A DNA stretch of 64,000 bases from a bacterium (GCA_963663405.2 CAXXSM010000160.1:1-64000); one strand, 5' to 3'. Shown: positions 11,230-21,814, counted from the first letter of the stretch. The notes: generated from the letters alone by a model not told the origin. Numbers and translations are program-made.

Positions 11230-12050
11230 TTACATTCCCGGCACGAAATCGCGCGCTTCCGGGATGATCGTTGGATCGTCGGAACCTTCAAGAACGCCTT
11301 GAATGGTTTCGGATTGATTGCCTTGCAGGAGAATGATCTCCACCCCGCCGGTTCAGCGCGCTGTGTTCCGGTGTGTCATTGGGGAATCGAGGCCGGTACT
11401 CGGAACAAGCCATGAAACTCATCCGCTCTTGATCGATCGATCCTTGATCCCGGAGAAAAAAACAAGACCGAAGCCGCGCGGGCTTGGGAGAGACGCCAGT
11501 TGTTCCGGTAAATCGAATTCACAATGGGAGAATCATCGGTGTGACCCTCAATCCGTATCCGCAGTTTTGGCATATCGTTCAAGATCTCCGCGATCGTCAA
11601 CAGAATTCGATGCGCGCTGGGTTTAACCTGGGATTGGCCTGATTCAAACAAGACGCGGCCTGTGATCGTAAATCGAATCCCTTCTTTGACTCCTTCGACG
11701 ACGACATCTTTGGATTTTTCATCCGCCACCAGCCGGGAACGCGCTTTTTTAGCGATCGCTTCTTTGGCCCGCTGCACGGTTTTTTGACTCTGCACGGGTT
11801 GCACTTCCTGAGGTTTAAAGAAAGTGGGTTTCTACATAGGATGTGTTTAAACATATTGGGAATCCGGGGCGAACGAGCCCTGGATGGAACCGATCGCCTG
11901 GCTGAATTTCACAAGGTCAAGTGTGGAGAGGGAAAAGAGGAGCACGAAAAAACAGAGTAATAAAGACATCATGTCGGAAAATGTGCACATCCATTCCGGC
12001 GCTCCGCCTCCACCGCCTTCATCACCTTTTTTTTTCTTTCTTGATGACAT
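11230..12050 (-). CDS. motB: Flagellar stator B subunit, copy 2; frameshifted
   Basis: TM 'PEWMCTFSDMMSLLLCFFVLLFS'; OmpA-like 'IEGHTDDSP..NWRLSQARA'; downstream frame 'AYGCSEYRPRFPNDT', 'NRRVEII'. Confidence 0.85.
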
Positions 12051-12054
12051 CTGC

Positions 12055-12867
12055 TCATCTCCGCTCTTGAGGGGATTCTTCGATCAGCCCTGGGGCTAAT
12101 AAAGGGGTACGGGGGTTTCTGACGGTCGAATCCCGGAAAAACGGACCATCGCCGTCATCCGTTTGTATTAGAGTGATCTCTACCCGCCGGTTTAAGGAGC
12201 GGCCGATTTTCGTTGTGTTGTCTGTATCAGGAAGTGGATGGAACGAGCCGAAGGATTCGTATGTGATCTGCTTCGGTGACAACTGCCCCCATTCGGAACC
12301 GAACTGAATCATGTATTTCATCACTTCGTAGGCGCGCTCCGCTCCTAGAATCCAATTCTCATCCACTTCTCCCGTTGGATCAGTATGGCCTGCGATCGTA
12401 ATGGGATTCAGTGGGAATTGGATCAATTCCTGTGCGATAAATTTGAGCGCGACAATGGCTTCGGCTTTCAACTCCGCTTTCCCTGCATCGAACAGCGCGT
12501 CGCCGCTCAGACGGAAAGTGACGCCTAATTCTGTCCCCGTCACTTGAATGACATTCTGCAAGTTCATGGATCGAACCCGTCTCGCTTCCTCCCGGCGGAG
12601 TTCTTCCTTGGCGAAGGATTGCTTGCGGACGGGTTGATGGGGACGGGACATCTCTTCTTTGGGGGATTTGTCTGGAATGTTCTGTGAAATATAGGGCGCG
12701 GGAAGCCCCCCGAACGCCGCGCGCAGGGAACCCGCCGCTTCAATCAACTTTTTTTTCTCAATGTTTGACATCGAGAATAAAAGCACAAAGAAGCATAACA
12801 GCAGGGACATCATGTCCGAGAACGTGCACATCCATTCCGGCGCGCCGCCACCTTCATCATCCGCCAT
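12055..12867 (-). CDS. motB: Flagellar stator B subunit, copy 1
   Basis: TM 'WMCTFSDMMSLLLCFFVLLFS' with conserved Asp; 'IAGHTD', 'NWILGAERA', 'NRRVEI'. Confidence 0.92.
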   Translation of the reverse strand: MADDEGGGAPEWMCTFSDMMSLLLCFFVLLFSMSNIEKKKLIEAAGSLRAAFGGLPAPYISQNIPDKSPKEEMSRPHQPVRKQSFAKEELRREEARRVRSMNLQNVIQVTGTELGVTFRLSGDALFDAGKAELKAEAIVALKFIAQELIQFPLNPITIAGHTDPTGEVDENWILGAERAYEVMKYMIQFGSEWGQLSPKQITYESFGSFHPLPDTDNTTKIGRSLNRRVEITLIQTDDGDGPFFRDSTVRNPRTPLLAPGLIEESPQERR

Positions 12868-12946
12868 TTGTTTTCTCTTTTTTTATATCGTGTCTAATTC
12901 CTTAAACAGGAATGATAAATTGTTGATCGAAATCGTGATTCGGTTA

Positions 12947-13711
12947 TTAATCATCCCGTGGGGGACGAATGTTAGGTGGCAGAAACGCCAACAACTTTTG
13001 TTCGAGAATCCGGGGGTTATCACCGGCCTGAATTGACATAACGCCCTCGATCGCCACTTCCTTCACCAGGATTTCGTCTTGAGATTTCACTTTTAGTTTG
13101 CCTTCGATGGGGATAAAGGCGACATTCGCCAAGACCGCTCCATAAAAAGTCGTCAAGAGCGCGACCGCCATTGAAGGGCCGATGGTTGAAGGATCTTCGA
13201 GGTTTTGAAGCATATTGACCAAACCGATGAGAGTGCCGATCATCCCCATCGCGGGAGCGATTGAGCCCATGAAACTGAATATCTTCTGCCCGTTGCGATG
13301 TCGTTCTTCGATAAACGCCAATTCCGTCTGGAGAATGTCTTTAATCAATTCCGGTTCGACGCCATCGACGGCTAGACGCAGCCCCGAACGGATAAAATCA
13401 TCCTCCACTTCATCCATTGAACCTTCCAGCGCGAGGATCCCTTCCCGCCGGGCGCGTTCGGCGAATGAAACCAGTGTGCTGACTGTGTCCAGGGGAGAGT
13501 GATCCTTCTGGAAAAATGCGTTCATCGCCACTCCCGGCGCCCCCATCACGATCTGCAAGGGAAAACAGACCAGGGTGGTTCCTATTGTTCCCCCGATCAC
13601 GATACAGATCGATGGTGGATCGATAAACGAGCCCAGGCTTCCACCTAACAAGATGCCCGTGACAATCAATCCAGACGCGAGAACCAATCCAACGATTGTC
13701 GCAATATCCAT
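12947..13711 (-). CDS. motA: Flagellar stator A subunit (MotA/PomA)
   Basis: 'MDIATIVG', 'ARREGILALE', 'APAMGMIGTLIGLV.ML', 'MAVALLTTFYG', 'IQAGDNP'. Confidence 0.95.
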   Translation of the reverse strand: MDIATIVGLVLASGLIVTGILLGGSLGSFIDPPSICIVIGGTIGTTLVCFPLQIVMGAPGVAMNAFFQKDHSPLDTVSTLVSFAERARREGILALEGSMDEVEDDFIRSGLRLAVDGVEPELIKDILQTELAFIEERHRNGQKIFSFMGSIAPAMGMIGTLIGLVNMLQNLEDPSTIGPSMAVALLTTFYGAVLANVAFIPIEGKLKVKSQDEILVKEVAIEGVMSIQAGDNPRILEQKLLAFLPPNIRPPRDD

Positions 13712-13744
13712 GAGATAGTGTCTCCCCGCCGCGATGGATGACGA

Positions 13745-13939
13745 TCAATTGATCCGGTTTTCAAATATCGTCTTTTTATATTGGATACACTTGTCTTTCA
13801 CTTCGTCAACCGGTTCGCGGACTATATATTTTCGGCCCGTCACCAGGGTTACTATCGTATCTGGTGTAGACTCGATCGTTTCTATTAATTCAGAATTGAG
13901 AACGAACTGCGTTCCGTTTAATTTTGTTAGCTGGATCAC
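13745..13939 (-). CDS. flbD: Flagellar protein FlbD/SwrD family
   Basis: GTG at 13939 with AGGAG RBS; 'IQLTKLNG..FVLNSELIETIESTPDT.VTL.TGRKYIVRE'; lies between flgE and motA. Confidence 0.88.
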   Translation of the reverse strand: MIQLTKLNGTQFVLNSELIETIESTPDTIVTLVTGRKYIVREPVDEVKDKCIQYKKTIFENRIN

Positions 13940-14235
13940 TCCCGTTCTCCTAAAAGGGATTCCCGGAAGATACTTCTTGATCTCTTCCTCCGGAATGGGC
14001 CGCATGAATTGTTGTTCCAGTTCTATACGGATTCGTTGAATGCGATCTTCATCCACTGGATCAAGATTCATGAAACCGCGCCCTTTTCTCTTTGCAATGA
14101 CGCCGGGATGATCAGAAATCCATCCCCGGCGCTCTATTCATTGTATGACGAAACGGCCAAAAGCCGAATACCAAATATAGGCTATTTGAAAGGGATAATT
14201 TTTTCTCTGCTGGTAATGAGTCATTCCTCTTTCTG

Positions 14236-14272
14236 AAAAAACAGCCGGAGAATCTTTCCCTTCTCCGGCTGT
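14236..14272 (-). terminator. Intrinsic terminator after flgE
   Basis: Perfect 12-bp inverted repeat ACAGCCGGAGAA/TTCTCCGGCTGT followed by a U-tract on the minus strand. Confidence 0.8.
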
Positions 14273-14316
14273 GGCATGCGTATGAAATATACTCTATCTT
14301 AAAGCGATATTTGAGA

Positions 14317-17300
14317 TTAACGCTTCAGGTTTACAACTTCCGTAAGAATTTGGTCACCCGTTGTTATGATACGTGAATTGGCTTGATAGGCCCGCTGCGC
14401 GATAATTAAATTCGTGAATTCTTCCGCCAGATCCACGTTGGAGAGTTCCAGCGCGCCCGAATTGATGGATCCGGTTTCCACGTCCGGTTCTTTGTAGTAG
14501 AAATCACCCGAATTGGGACCGAGTGTAAACATGGTCGAACCTTGTTGGATCAATCCGCCTTCATTGGTGACTGTGCCCAGCAGCACTTGTCCCATAGTCT
14601 TTGTGTCACCGTTCGTGAACACGCCGAGGATTTCTCCATTGGACGCGATGCTGACATTGTCCAGATAGCCAACCGCCCGTCCATTCTGATACTGCAGCTG
14701 CGCGGTGTTTTTGGAACTGTACTGAGTTATTCCTGTCAGGTCCAAATCAAAGGTGATCTGATCCACACCGCCGTCTTCCGGATCGCCGTCGTCGGGATCG
14801 AAACTGATTTGTGGACTGCCGCTGACATTGTCATACCTTTCGAATCGGCCCTCGGAATTAAAGATCAATGTCCCTGTCGTTCCACTGGGAGTTTCCCGGC
14901 TGTCGTTCGGGACGACGACCTGATAGTTGACCGTATTCCGTGTCGTTCCATCTTTGTGAATGGTGTTGGTGGTAAAGGGATCGGAGTCGGTGGATTTGGC
15001 TACAACTCCGATAGGAACGCCTTCTGTGCGTTCACCCGCTTCGATGGCGCCATCGTTGTCAACATCCTGCGCGATCCCATAGCCCTGCTGGTTGAACAAC
15101 GCCATGAACGCGCTGGTTTCTGGCGTGAACGCTTGATACTCATTGAACCGGGATTCCGTCATTGCGTCCGCATTGGATAAGGTTCCCGAACTGAGCGCGA
15201 CCAATTGAACTCCGGAATCGTCAATCCCCGTTGGGAATGTATCGGGTGGATTGGAGCGAGGATCGCCATCCACGACGAAATTCCCATCCGCGTCGACGAT
15301 TTCATAATCGTTATTACCGATCTGGAAGGCTTCATTCAGATCACCGAATGGATCGGCCGTGCGAATAAATCCGGTTACGCCTCCCCCGTCTGTGTAATCG
15401 CTGTCTTCTTTCTGGTCCGCGAGATCATCCGCTGTGCTCGTCGCATTGGTCCCCGGTGAGACGGTGCTGACGCGCACGGAGCGGGTCAAAGCGGCCAGGT
15501 CGAGGACCATTCCCAGTTTGTCTTCTCCACCGGCCTGCGCCGCCAGGGCCGCCGCTTCTGTTTCATCCGCGCCATCCGCCGCCGCGCCCAGGCTGCCCCC
15601 AGTTGATTGGAATTCAAAACTGCCGTCATCGTTCAAGACGACTTTGATTTCAACGGTGTCATCCGAGACTGCGAATCCACCTTTGTCGGCGACGGAAATG
15701 ATGCCTGCAAGATTCGAATTCGTCCCGTTTAGATTTTCTAAATTGTCTTTCACTTGCTGGATTGAAGTGTTAATGCGGTTTTCCAGGGCGGAACGGATAT
15801 CTTCCAACGTTGTGGATTCGGTGAAGCCTTCATCACCTAACAATCCACCTTTAATGTTTGTGCCGCCTTCCTCTTCCGACAAGGTGCGGGGGATATTCAA
15901 AAATGAGTCACCCGTGATGTCCAATCCAGCGGCTTCGATTTCGGCGTTGATTGTTCCATTGGCTTCGATGAGAGAATTGAACTCGTTGCCATTGAACGAA
16001 ATCGCGCCGTCCGACAACCGGATGGCGATTAGATTATCATTCGCGTCCGTGAAGGAGTAAACACCCTGTGTGGCGACGATATTGTTGACTTGTGTGGCTG
16101 TGTAGACGGCTGTGTTATCGTCGCTTTCCAGTTTCACTTCACTGTATGTGATTGCGGGAGGAACCACTCCATCTGGAATTAAGAAACGGCCTTCACTATC
16201 TTTAAGTTCACTGATTAATGTCGTGCTCTCCGCGGCCGGCGCTTCGGTATCCGCCGCAAGTCCAACGCTGACCGTATGGGAATTGCCTTGTGTGTCATAT
16301 ACATCAATCGATGTCGTTGTATCCGCTTCCCGCAGCTGATTGGTGTTTACTTTCGTTTCGCCGGCCACGTTGAGTGTTTTGGTAAAATCGGGATCGCCGC
16401 TGTTCACAAAGAGATCGCCCACCAACCGGCTGGTTTCTGCCGGGGGCGTGTCTGAATTTTCACGGGGGGCTACGCCGATCCGGATTCCACTCAACGCGTC
16501 CTGACCAGTGTTGTTGAATTGAAACGAGCCCGTAGTGGAATCAAACGTCACATCGATGTCGCTGCTTGTCCCAGGATTTGTTTCTTCCATGACCGAGTTG
16601 AAGAAATCGCTCAAAGCGTTTTTTAAATCCTCGATTGTTGTCGTATCCGTGACAGTCAATATGGCGCCGTTTGCTTTGCCGGTGGATTGGCTGGTTGTTA
16701 AATCGATGGGCTCATTGATATTATCCGGTGGATTCGCTAGTTCAAGAAAACCTGTTTCAAATTGAATAACATCGCCATTGACCAATCCAAACGGCGTGCC
16801 TCCGTCATCAAAGAGGCCCAGCAGGTTCGTGCTGCTTCTCGCGTAGGAGACCTGATTCACACTGCTGTCACTCTGCGGATCGCCGATGCGCGAATCGATA
16901 TTGCCCTCCGCCCGGACCAGTGTCGTTTCCACTGGTTCGGATTCTTGATCGAAGTCGATTTGCAGCGGAACTTTATCATCCACCAGAACGCCGTTTTCGT
17001 CCGCCATGCGTCCGATGACGTAATAGCCGCTTCCAGGATCGACGAGGTAGCTTTCATTGTCCAATGAAAAGCCACCTGCGCGGGTAAGAAATTCCTGGCC
17101 TGCGCCGTTTTTCAAAACAAAAAAGCCATTCCCTTCCACAGCAAGATCCAGGAGCCGTCCCGTTGTTTGGGAACTGCCCTGGGTGAATATGGTGTCGACG
17201 CTTCCCATCCTCACGCCATAGCCGATCTGATCTGGATTGACGCCACCACGGGCGTCAGTCGCTCCCTGGCCATAATTTAGAGTTTGGTAAAAGATATCGT

Positions 17301-17427
17301 CGAAGGACGCGCGTCCCGCCTTGAAACCGGTTGTGTTGACATTGGCGATGTTATTACTGATAACATCGATCCCATGCCCCATGGCCGTCAGGCCCGTTAA
17401 GCCAACAAACATTGAACGAACTGTCAT
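14317..17427 (-). CDS. flgE: Flagellar hook protein FlgE, unusually large (1036 aa)
   Basis: N-term 'ISNNIANVNTTGFK', 'LTRAGGF'; 'IDVYDTQGNSH'; C-term 'LELSNVDLAEEFTNLIIAQRAYQANSRIIT'. Confidence 0.95.
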   Translation of the reverse strand: MTVRSMFVGLTGLTAMGHGIDVISNNIANVNTTGFKAGRASFDDIFYQTLNYGQGATDARGGVNPDQIGYGVRMGSVDTIFTQGSSQTTGRLLDLAVEGNGFFVLKNGAGQEFLTRAGGFSLDNESYLVDPGSGYYVIGRMADENGVLVDDKVPLQIDFDQESEPVETTLVRAEGNIDSRIGDPQSDSSVNQVSYARSSTNLLGLFDDGGTPFGLVNGDVIQFETGFLELANPPDNINEPIDLTTSQSTGKANGAILTVTDTTTIEDLKNALSDFFNSVMEETNPGTSSDIDVTFDSTTGSFQFNNTGQDALSGIRIGVAPRENSDTPPAETSRLVGDLFVNSGDPDFTKTLNVAGETKVNTNQLREADTTTSIDVYDTQGNSHTVSVGLAADTEAPAAESTTLISELKDSEGRFLIPDGVVPPAITYSEVKLESDDNTAVYTATQVNNIVATQGVYSFTDANDNLIAIRLSDGAISFNGNEFNSLIEANGTINAEIEAAGLDITGDSFLNIPRTLSEEEGGTNIKGGLLGDEGFTESTTLEDIRSALENRINTSIQQVKDNLENLNGTNSNLAGIISVADKGGFAVSDDTVEIKVVLNDDGSFEFQSTGGSLGAAADGADETEAAALAAQAGGEDKLGMVLDLAALTRSVRVSTVSPGTNATSTADDLADQKEDSDYTDGGGVTGFIRTADPFGDLNEAFQIGNNDYEIVDADGNFVVDGDPRSNPPDTFPTGIDDSGVQLVALSSGTLSNADAMTESRFNEYQAFTPETSAFMALFNQQGYGIAQDVDNDGAIEAGERTEGVPIGVVAKSTDSDPFTTNTIHKDGTTRNTVNYQVVVPNDSRETPSGTTGTLIFNSEGRFERYDNVSGSPQISFDPDDGDPEDGGVDQITFDLDLTGITQYSSKNTAQLQYQNGRAVGYLDNVSIASNGEILGVFTNGDTKTMGQVLLGTVTNEGGLIQQGSTMFTLGPNSGDFYYKEPDVETGSINSGALELSNVDLAEEFTNLIIAQRAYQANSRIITTGDQILTEVVNLKR

Positions 17428-17430
17428 TAT

Positions 17431-17600
17431 TGTGTGACCTCCCTGTCGTAAAAAACTCGTTCATCCGTGAACGATATACCATCGGCCCCCAACCTGTTGG
17501 GGAGGAGAGAATCCTCTCTCGCTTGTCTTACCGTGGGCGCTGAACCAACCGGTTCCACCAGTCAAGTGCGCGGTTCGATCCATGAAACAGCGTTTCGCGC
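17431..17600 (-). promoter_or_regulatory. Structured flgE leader with GGA motifs in hairpin loops (putative CsrA/RsmA sites)
   Basis: Minus-strand hairpins TCGTTCA-CGGA-TGAACGA (17457-17474), GAGAGA-GGAT-TCTCTC (17505-17520), CCCCAA-CAGG-TTGGGG (17487-17502); SD inside GAC-AGGGAG-GTC. Confidence 0.5.
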
Positions 17601-17632
17601 GTTCATTTCAACTCCGCTTTGTCTTCTATAGT

Positions 17633-18043
17633 TCAATTCTTGGACATAACAATTGTACTGTCTATATCCGTAATAAAATGATCTCCACTTTCCATTTGAT
17701 TCATCGCTGACATAACAGTGCGGGTATCCACATTCACGATAAACGCTTTGTCATCGAGCAGCACAAGCGATTCATGCGCGCCTTTTTTCTTCGCTATATC
17801 CAGCGCCTTATCCAATTGCTTTATATCGTTTTGACTGAGTTTGATTCCTTGATTGGCTACACTGGATTTGGCTTTTCCCGAAAACCGCACGTCCACGCCG
17901 GATGGATTGATCGTCTTGGATAGGACATCGGCGAACTCTTCCCCGTTTTTGTTGACGGACCGCATGGCGACGGTTGACGATTGAAGAAAGTCTGTGATCG
18001 AGGGGGAAATCATCCCCGCCGCGGGTATATTGATAGGAGTCAT
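17633..18043 (-). CDS. Putative flagellar operon protein (TIGR02530-like)
   Basis: 'VRFSGKA', 'AKKKGAHESLVLLDD.AFIVNV..RTVMSAM', 'TDIDSTI'; lies between flgD and flgE. Confidence 0.8.
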   Translation of the reverse strand: MTPINIPAAGMISPSITDFLQSSTVAMRSVNKNGEEFADVLSKTINPSGVDVRFSGKAKSSVANQGIKLSQNDIKQLDKALDIAKKKGAHESLVLLDDKAFIVNVDTRTVMSAMNQMESGDHFITDIDSTIVMSKN

Positions 18044-18708
18044 TCTTCGCCGCCTCCTTCAAAAACAGCCTGGACCGCGCCCATTTCCACAGGTTGTCCG
18101 TTGACTGTCAACACGGGAATTCCATCGTAATAGGACACGCCATCCACCGTGCCTCGCAGGTAAGGAGTGTATTCCGTCCGGTCTCCTTCACTGTCTATCG
18201 AAGAGAGGATTTGAATGCTGTAAATCCCCGCCGGTAAAACATCTCCCTGCGAATCCCGGCCGTCGAATGTGTATTCCTGCTGCCCGGATGGAACGGTAAC
18301 AACATCGGTGAATACAGTGGTTCCCGAATCGGTCTTTACCTGAATAGTCACATCGCCATCCTGTTCGGCGTTATAGATAAACGTCTGCTCGTCGCCCGGT
18401 TCGAAATAAAATTCGTCTTGCGCGACTACGACCTCTTTGCCGATCAAGGACAACGCGTCAGTCTGCATTGTCGATTCCACGGTAGCAATCAAGTCTTCGA
18501 GCAACTGCGTTTGGTTGGTCTCTTGTTCGAGTGAGCTGAAAACGGCTAGTTCGGAAATGAATTCCTGGTTCTCCACTGGATTTAAGGGATCCTGATTCTG
18601 CAATTGGGCCACCAGCAGTGTAAGGAAATCTTCCTGACTCACTTGCGCGTCATTTGTGACGGATGAAGGGCTTGCCGCGCTGGACACGCTTGATGTTTCT
18701 GCGATCAT
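18040..18708 (-). CDS. flgD: Flagellar hook capping protein FlgD
   Basis: 'FLTLLVAQLQNQDPLNP..NQEFISELAVFSSLEQ', 'SLIGKEV', FlgD-Ig 'FDGRDSQGDVLPAGIY'. Confidence 0.95.
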   Translation of the reverse strand: MIAETSSVSSAASPSSVTNDAQVSQEDFLTLLVAQLQNQDPLNPVENQEFISELAVFSSLEQETNQTQLLEDLIATVESTMQTDALSLIGKEVVVAQDEFYFEPGDEQTFIYNAEQDGDVTIQVKTDSGTTVFTDVVTVPSGQQEYTFDGRDSQGDVLPAGIYSIQILSSIDSEGDRTEYTPYLRGTVDGVSYYDGIPVLTVNGQPVEMGAVQAVFEGGGEE

Positions 18709-18732
18709 GATCCATTCCCTGCCTTTTCTGAT

Positions 18733-21700
18733 TTAGAAGAAATAATCCATCGCGGACAACCGCTCGTTCCAGCGTCCCGGATTGTATGGAGAGCGTTCAT
18801 TTTCCTGATCCCGCCCTTTCTGTTTGGACTGCCCGTTATCTTCACCGCCGGATTTCGTATAGCGTCCGGACGAACGGGCGTCCTTATCTTGTTCTTGATA
18901 TTTCATATCAAATGTGTCTCGTGAGATGACTAATCGGTCCACTTTGATTCCCTGCTCGTCAAATGCGGCGCGCAGGGAAGAAAGATTCTGTTCCAGCAAA
19001 GCTTTTGTGCTCTCATGCTGTGCGGTGATCTGCGCGCTTAAAATATTGTTGGCCATCTTCAACTGGATAGATACCCGGCCCAGCGATTCGGGAACGAGTT
19101 GGATATTCACATGACTCCGGCCCGATCCGAGACTTCCATTGACAGAGCGAACGATCTGCCGCGCCGCCATTTCTTGGTGTTTCGCCACATCATCGGCGAA
19201 TTGCTGCGCGTTGGATGGTTGTGAGGTTTCGGTTTGCGCAGCACGTGTATACTGCGCCGTCTCCTGCGCTCCAGTTTGTATGGGGGAAGCGTTCGTGATG
19301 GTCTGGGTGGACGGCGGCGTGGATTCCGGCGCGGGTTTGGGCGGCGTCTTCGCCAATTGACTGTCGTTCATGTTCTCCAGCGCCGTTCGATCGAGACTCA
19401 GCTGCGCCTGCGTCCGGACGATAGAACTCTCTTGGTCCAAACTGCGGGATACTTGAATGCTCGATTCGTTCATCTGTAACGAATTTAAAACGTTTGTTGG
19501 TTTCGTCTTCTTGGATTCTTGGGATTGCGTGGCCTCAACTTTGACACTTGCTTCAGAATCCGTTTTGTTCTTCCGCGCGGGGATTTCGATTTCGAGTAAT
19601 TCTGTTTTGGTTTTTTGCAGTAATTCACTCAGTTTAAAAAGGAGAGGCTTTTGTTCTTTCTCTCCGTTTTCCGTCCCTCCCTCCGGAAGATCTTCTGGAT
19701 CGATGTAAAAGAGGATTTCCGGTTCTTGTTCCAGCGTAGTGACGTTCACTCGCGAGGAGTTCTGAGTTTGAGTTTTTTGTACTTGGGCGCCGCTGTAAGT
19801 GGAAATGTCTTTTTCTAGAGGAGTGGATAGAGTGTTTTCTTCATTTACCCGATCAAATTGTCCTTCAACCTGTGTGGGGGTAGAAGGATTTGCAGTAGTC
19901 TCTTTTGTATTACTGGATTGTGTCGATGAATTCAAAGAGGAATTCACCTTTTGAGATACATTTCGGTTGTTAGCCGAGACTGGTTTCTGTTCACTTTTTT
20001 TTGTGTCAATGTTTTGTTCTTCCGTAACGTTTTGCTCTTCTGTCTCTTTAGGTTCAATCTCAAATTGTACTTTCACTTGCTGTGTTTTGGATGGATCTAT
20101 GTCATCAATTTGGTGTTGTTTCGTCTTTGATTGATTTCCTTCTAGTTTTTCTTTTGAATGGTTCGATTTTGTTGGTTTTTCATTAATGTCAGTTTTTGGA
20201 GTATCAATATCTTTTGCAGTTTCTGTGTCTATTATAGCTTCCAATTTGATATTCGTTGTTTGAACGATTGGTTTGTCTGAAGCCGTTTCTAATTTTTTTC
20301 TAGTCTGATCGATGATTGAATCGTTTTGGTTCTGTTTTTCTGTTTCTATTATTGTATCGCCGCTGGATTTGAGATTGTTTTTTCGATCATAATTCGAATC
20401 TTCATCTGTGTTTGCGCTGCTTTTTTGTGTTTTGGATAGATCTATAGTTTTAACTTCATCAATCTCACTAGCTTGTAAGACGAGAGAAAGTTTGTTTGTA
20501 GTATTATCTTGGATTTTCGATTTGTTCTTCAATATGGCGTTGTTAGTTTCAAGCGTATCCGTTTGTTCGGTTTGTTTGGTTGCTTGAATGTCAGAATCGT
20601 TTGTCTTTAGATTGATTATGTTTGCGTTTGTATTTTCAGTTTTAAAAGAATAATGAATTGTTGGATTCTTTTCAGGTTTTTCTTGATCGATCGATTTAGC
20701 CGCTGACTTTGATGGAAGTGTTTCCAGTTCTTCTTCCAGAACCACTTCATCAGTTTCGCTCGTTGTTGTTTGATTTGTGGGAACTTGTTTGGATATGGCC
20801 GATTCAAAATTCTCAACGAGATTTTTCTGTGGCTCAACCGGCGCCTTTTTCATTGATGCGGTATGTCTTTCATCCGTATCTTCGGTCTTCGTATTGTCCG
20901 AAGTTTTGTGGATTGAATTGCTTTTCACTTGATCGGATGTTCATGGGTTATTGTCGTTGGTTTTGAGTCCACCGATCCTGCTATGATGTCATCCGATTTT
21001 GAGGGAAAGGATACAATTTCATCTTTTGGTTTCTTCTCATCCGATGTTTTTGACTGGATGACTCCGTTGGATTGATCCTTAACTAACAAATCCGATTTAA
21101 AATTATTGACAGCGTTCTCTTTTATAGTCTCCTGCGTTGTCGATACATTTTCTTTTACCGGTTCGTCTATAAGGATTTGGAGACTGGACGTGTCAATCAA
21201 TTGGCGTTCATTTCGGGAAGAGCCTTCGGCGTTTTCCTGCTTTTGGTTATCCGTGTCATCGCTGTTAATTTTCTTATCGTTGAACAGAACGCCGTCTTGT
21301 GAATGGGATTCGTTTTCTATTGTTGAATCAATCTCTTTCGATTCTTGAAGGAGTTGTTTTAGCGCTTGAATTGGGATATGGAGATTTCCATCCTCATCCT
21401 GCGTGATGACGTCTTTTGGAATTTTAATCAATAATACGGATTGTTCCCCCTCACTATCAGAGCCTTGTTTAAGCAGGGAAACGAGTTCATCCGGAAGCGC
21501 TTCCTTACTATCGGTGGAAAGTGTGAATTGACCGAGATCGCTGATTTCAATCGGAATGGTTTTTAGCGATAGATTCTGATTGTTTGAAGAGAGTATTTGG
21601 TCTTTCGAATGTTGAACGCCGTCTAATACCTGTTGAAAGGAAATCCCTTCGGCGCCTTTTTTGGGGGACACGCCTAATAGTGTGCCCACTGAAGCGCTTT

Positions 21701-21749
21701 TTGGAGTGGATATACTTTGCAATAAGGATAAAACCGCGTTTCCCATCAT
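18733..21749 (-). CDS. fliK: Flagellar hook-length control protein FliK; about 1000 aa if the two ORFs overlapping at 20925-20928 are one gene
   Basis: C-terminal FliK domain 'IQLVPESLGRVSIQL...AKALLEQNLSSLRAAF..QGI.V'-like segment; long T/S/K/E/Q-rich N-region; immediately upstream of flgD. Confidence 0.85.
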
Positions 21750-21814
21750 TACCTTCCATGGTATACAAGAACGGCGCTCCGGCCTTTCAGGGAACCAGAC
21801 TGATGATGAGATTT

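Noticed and set aside
11930-12860. Repeated DNA at the two motB 5' ends as a repeat element or misassembly
   Set aside because: Synonymous codon differences and divergent downstream domains show true paralogues.
13940-14071. N-terminal extension of FlbD in the 108-aa ORF call
   Set aside because: Family similarity begins at GTG 13939, which has its own AGGAG RBS.
14542-17075. Long antisense ORFs opposite flgE, and similar ones opposite the giant gene, recG and GH78
   Set aside because: Shadow ORFs produced by codon bias on the real strand; no recognisable motifs.
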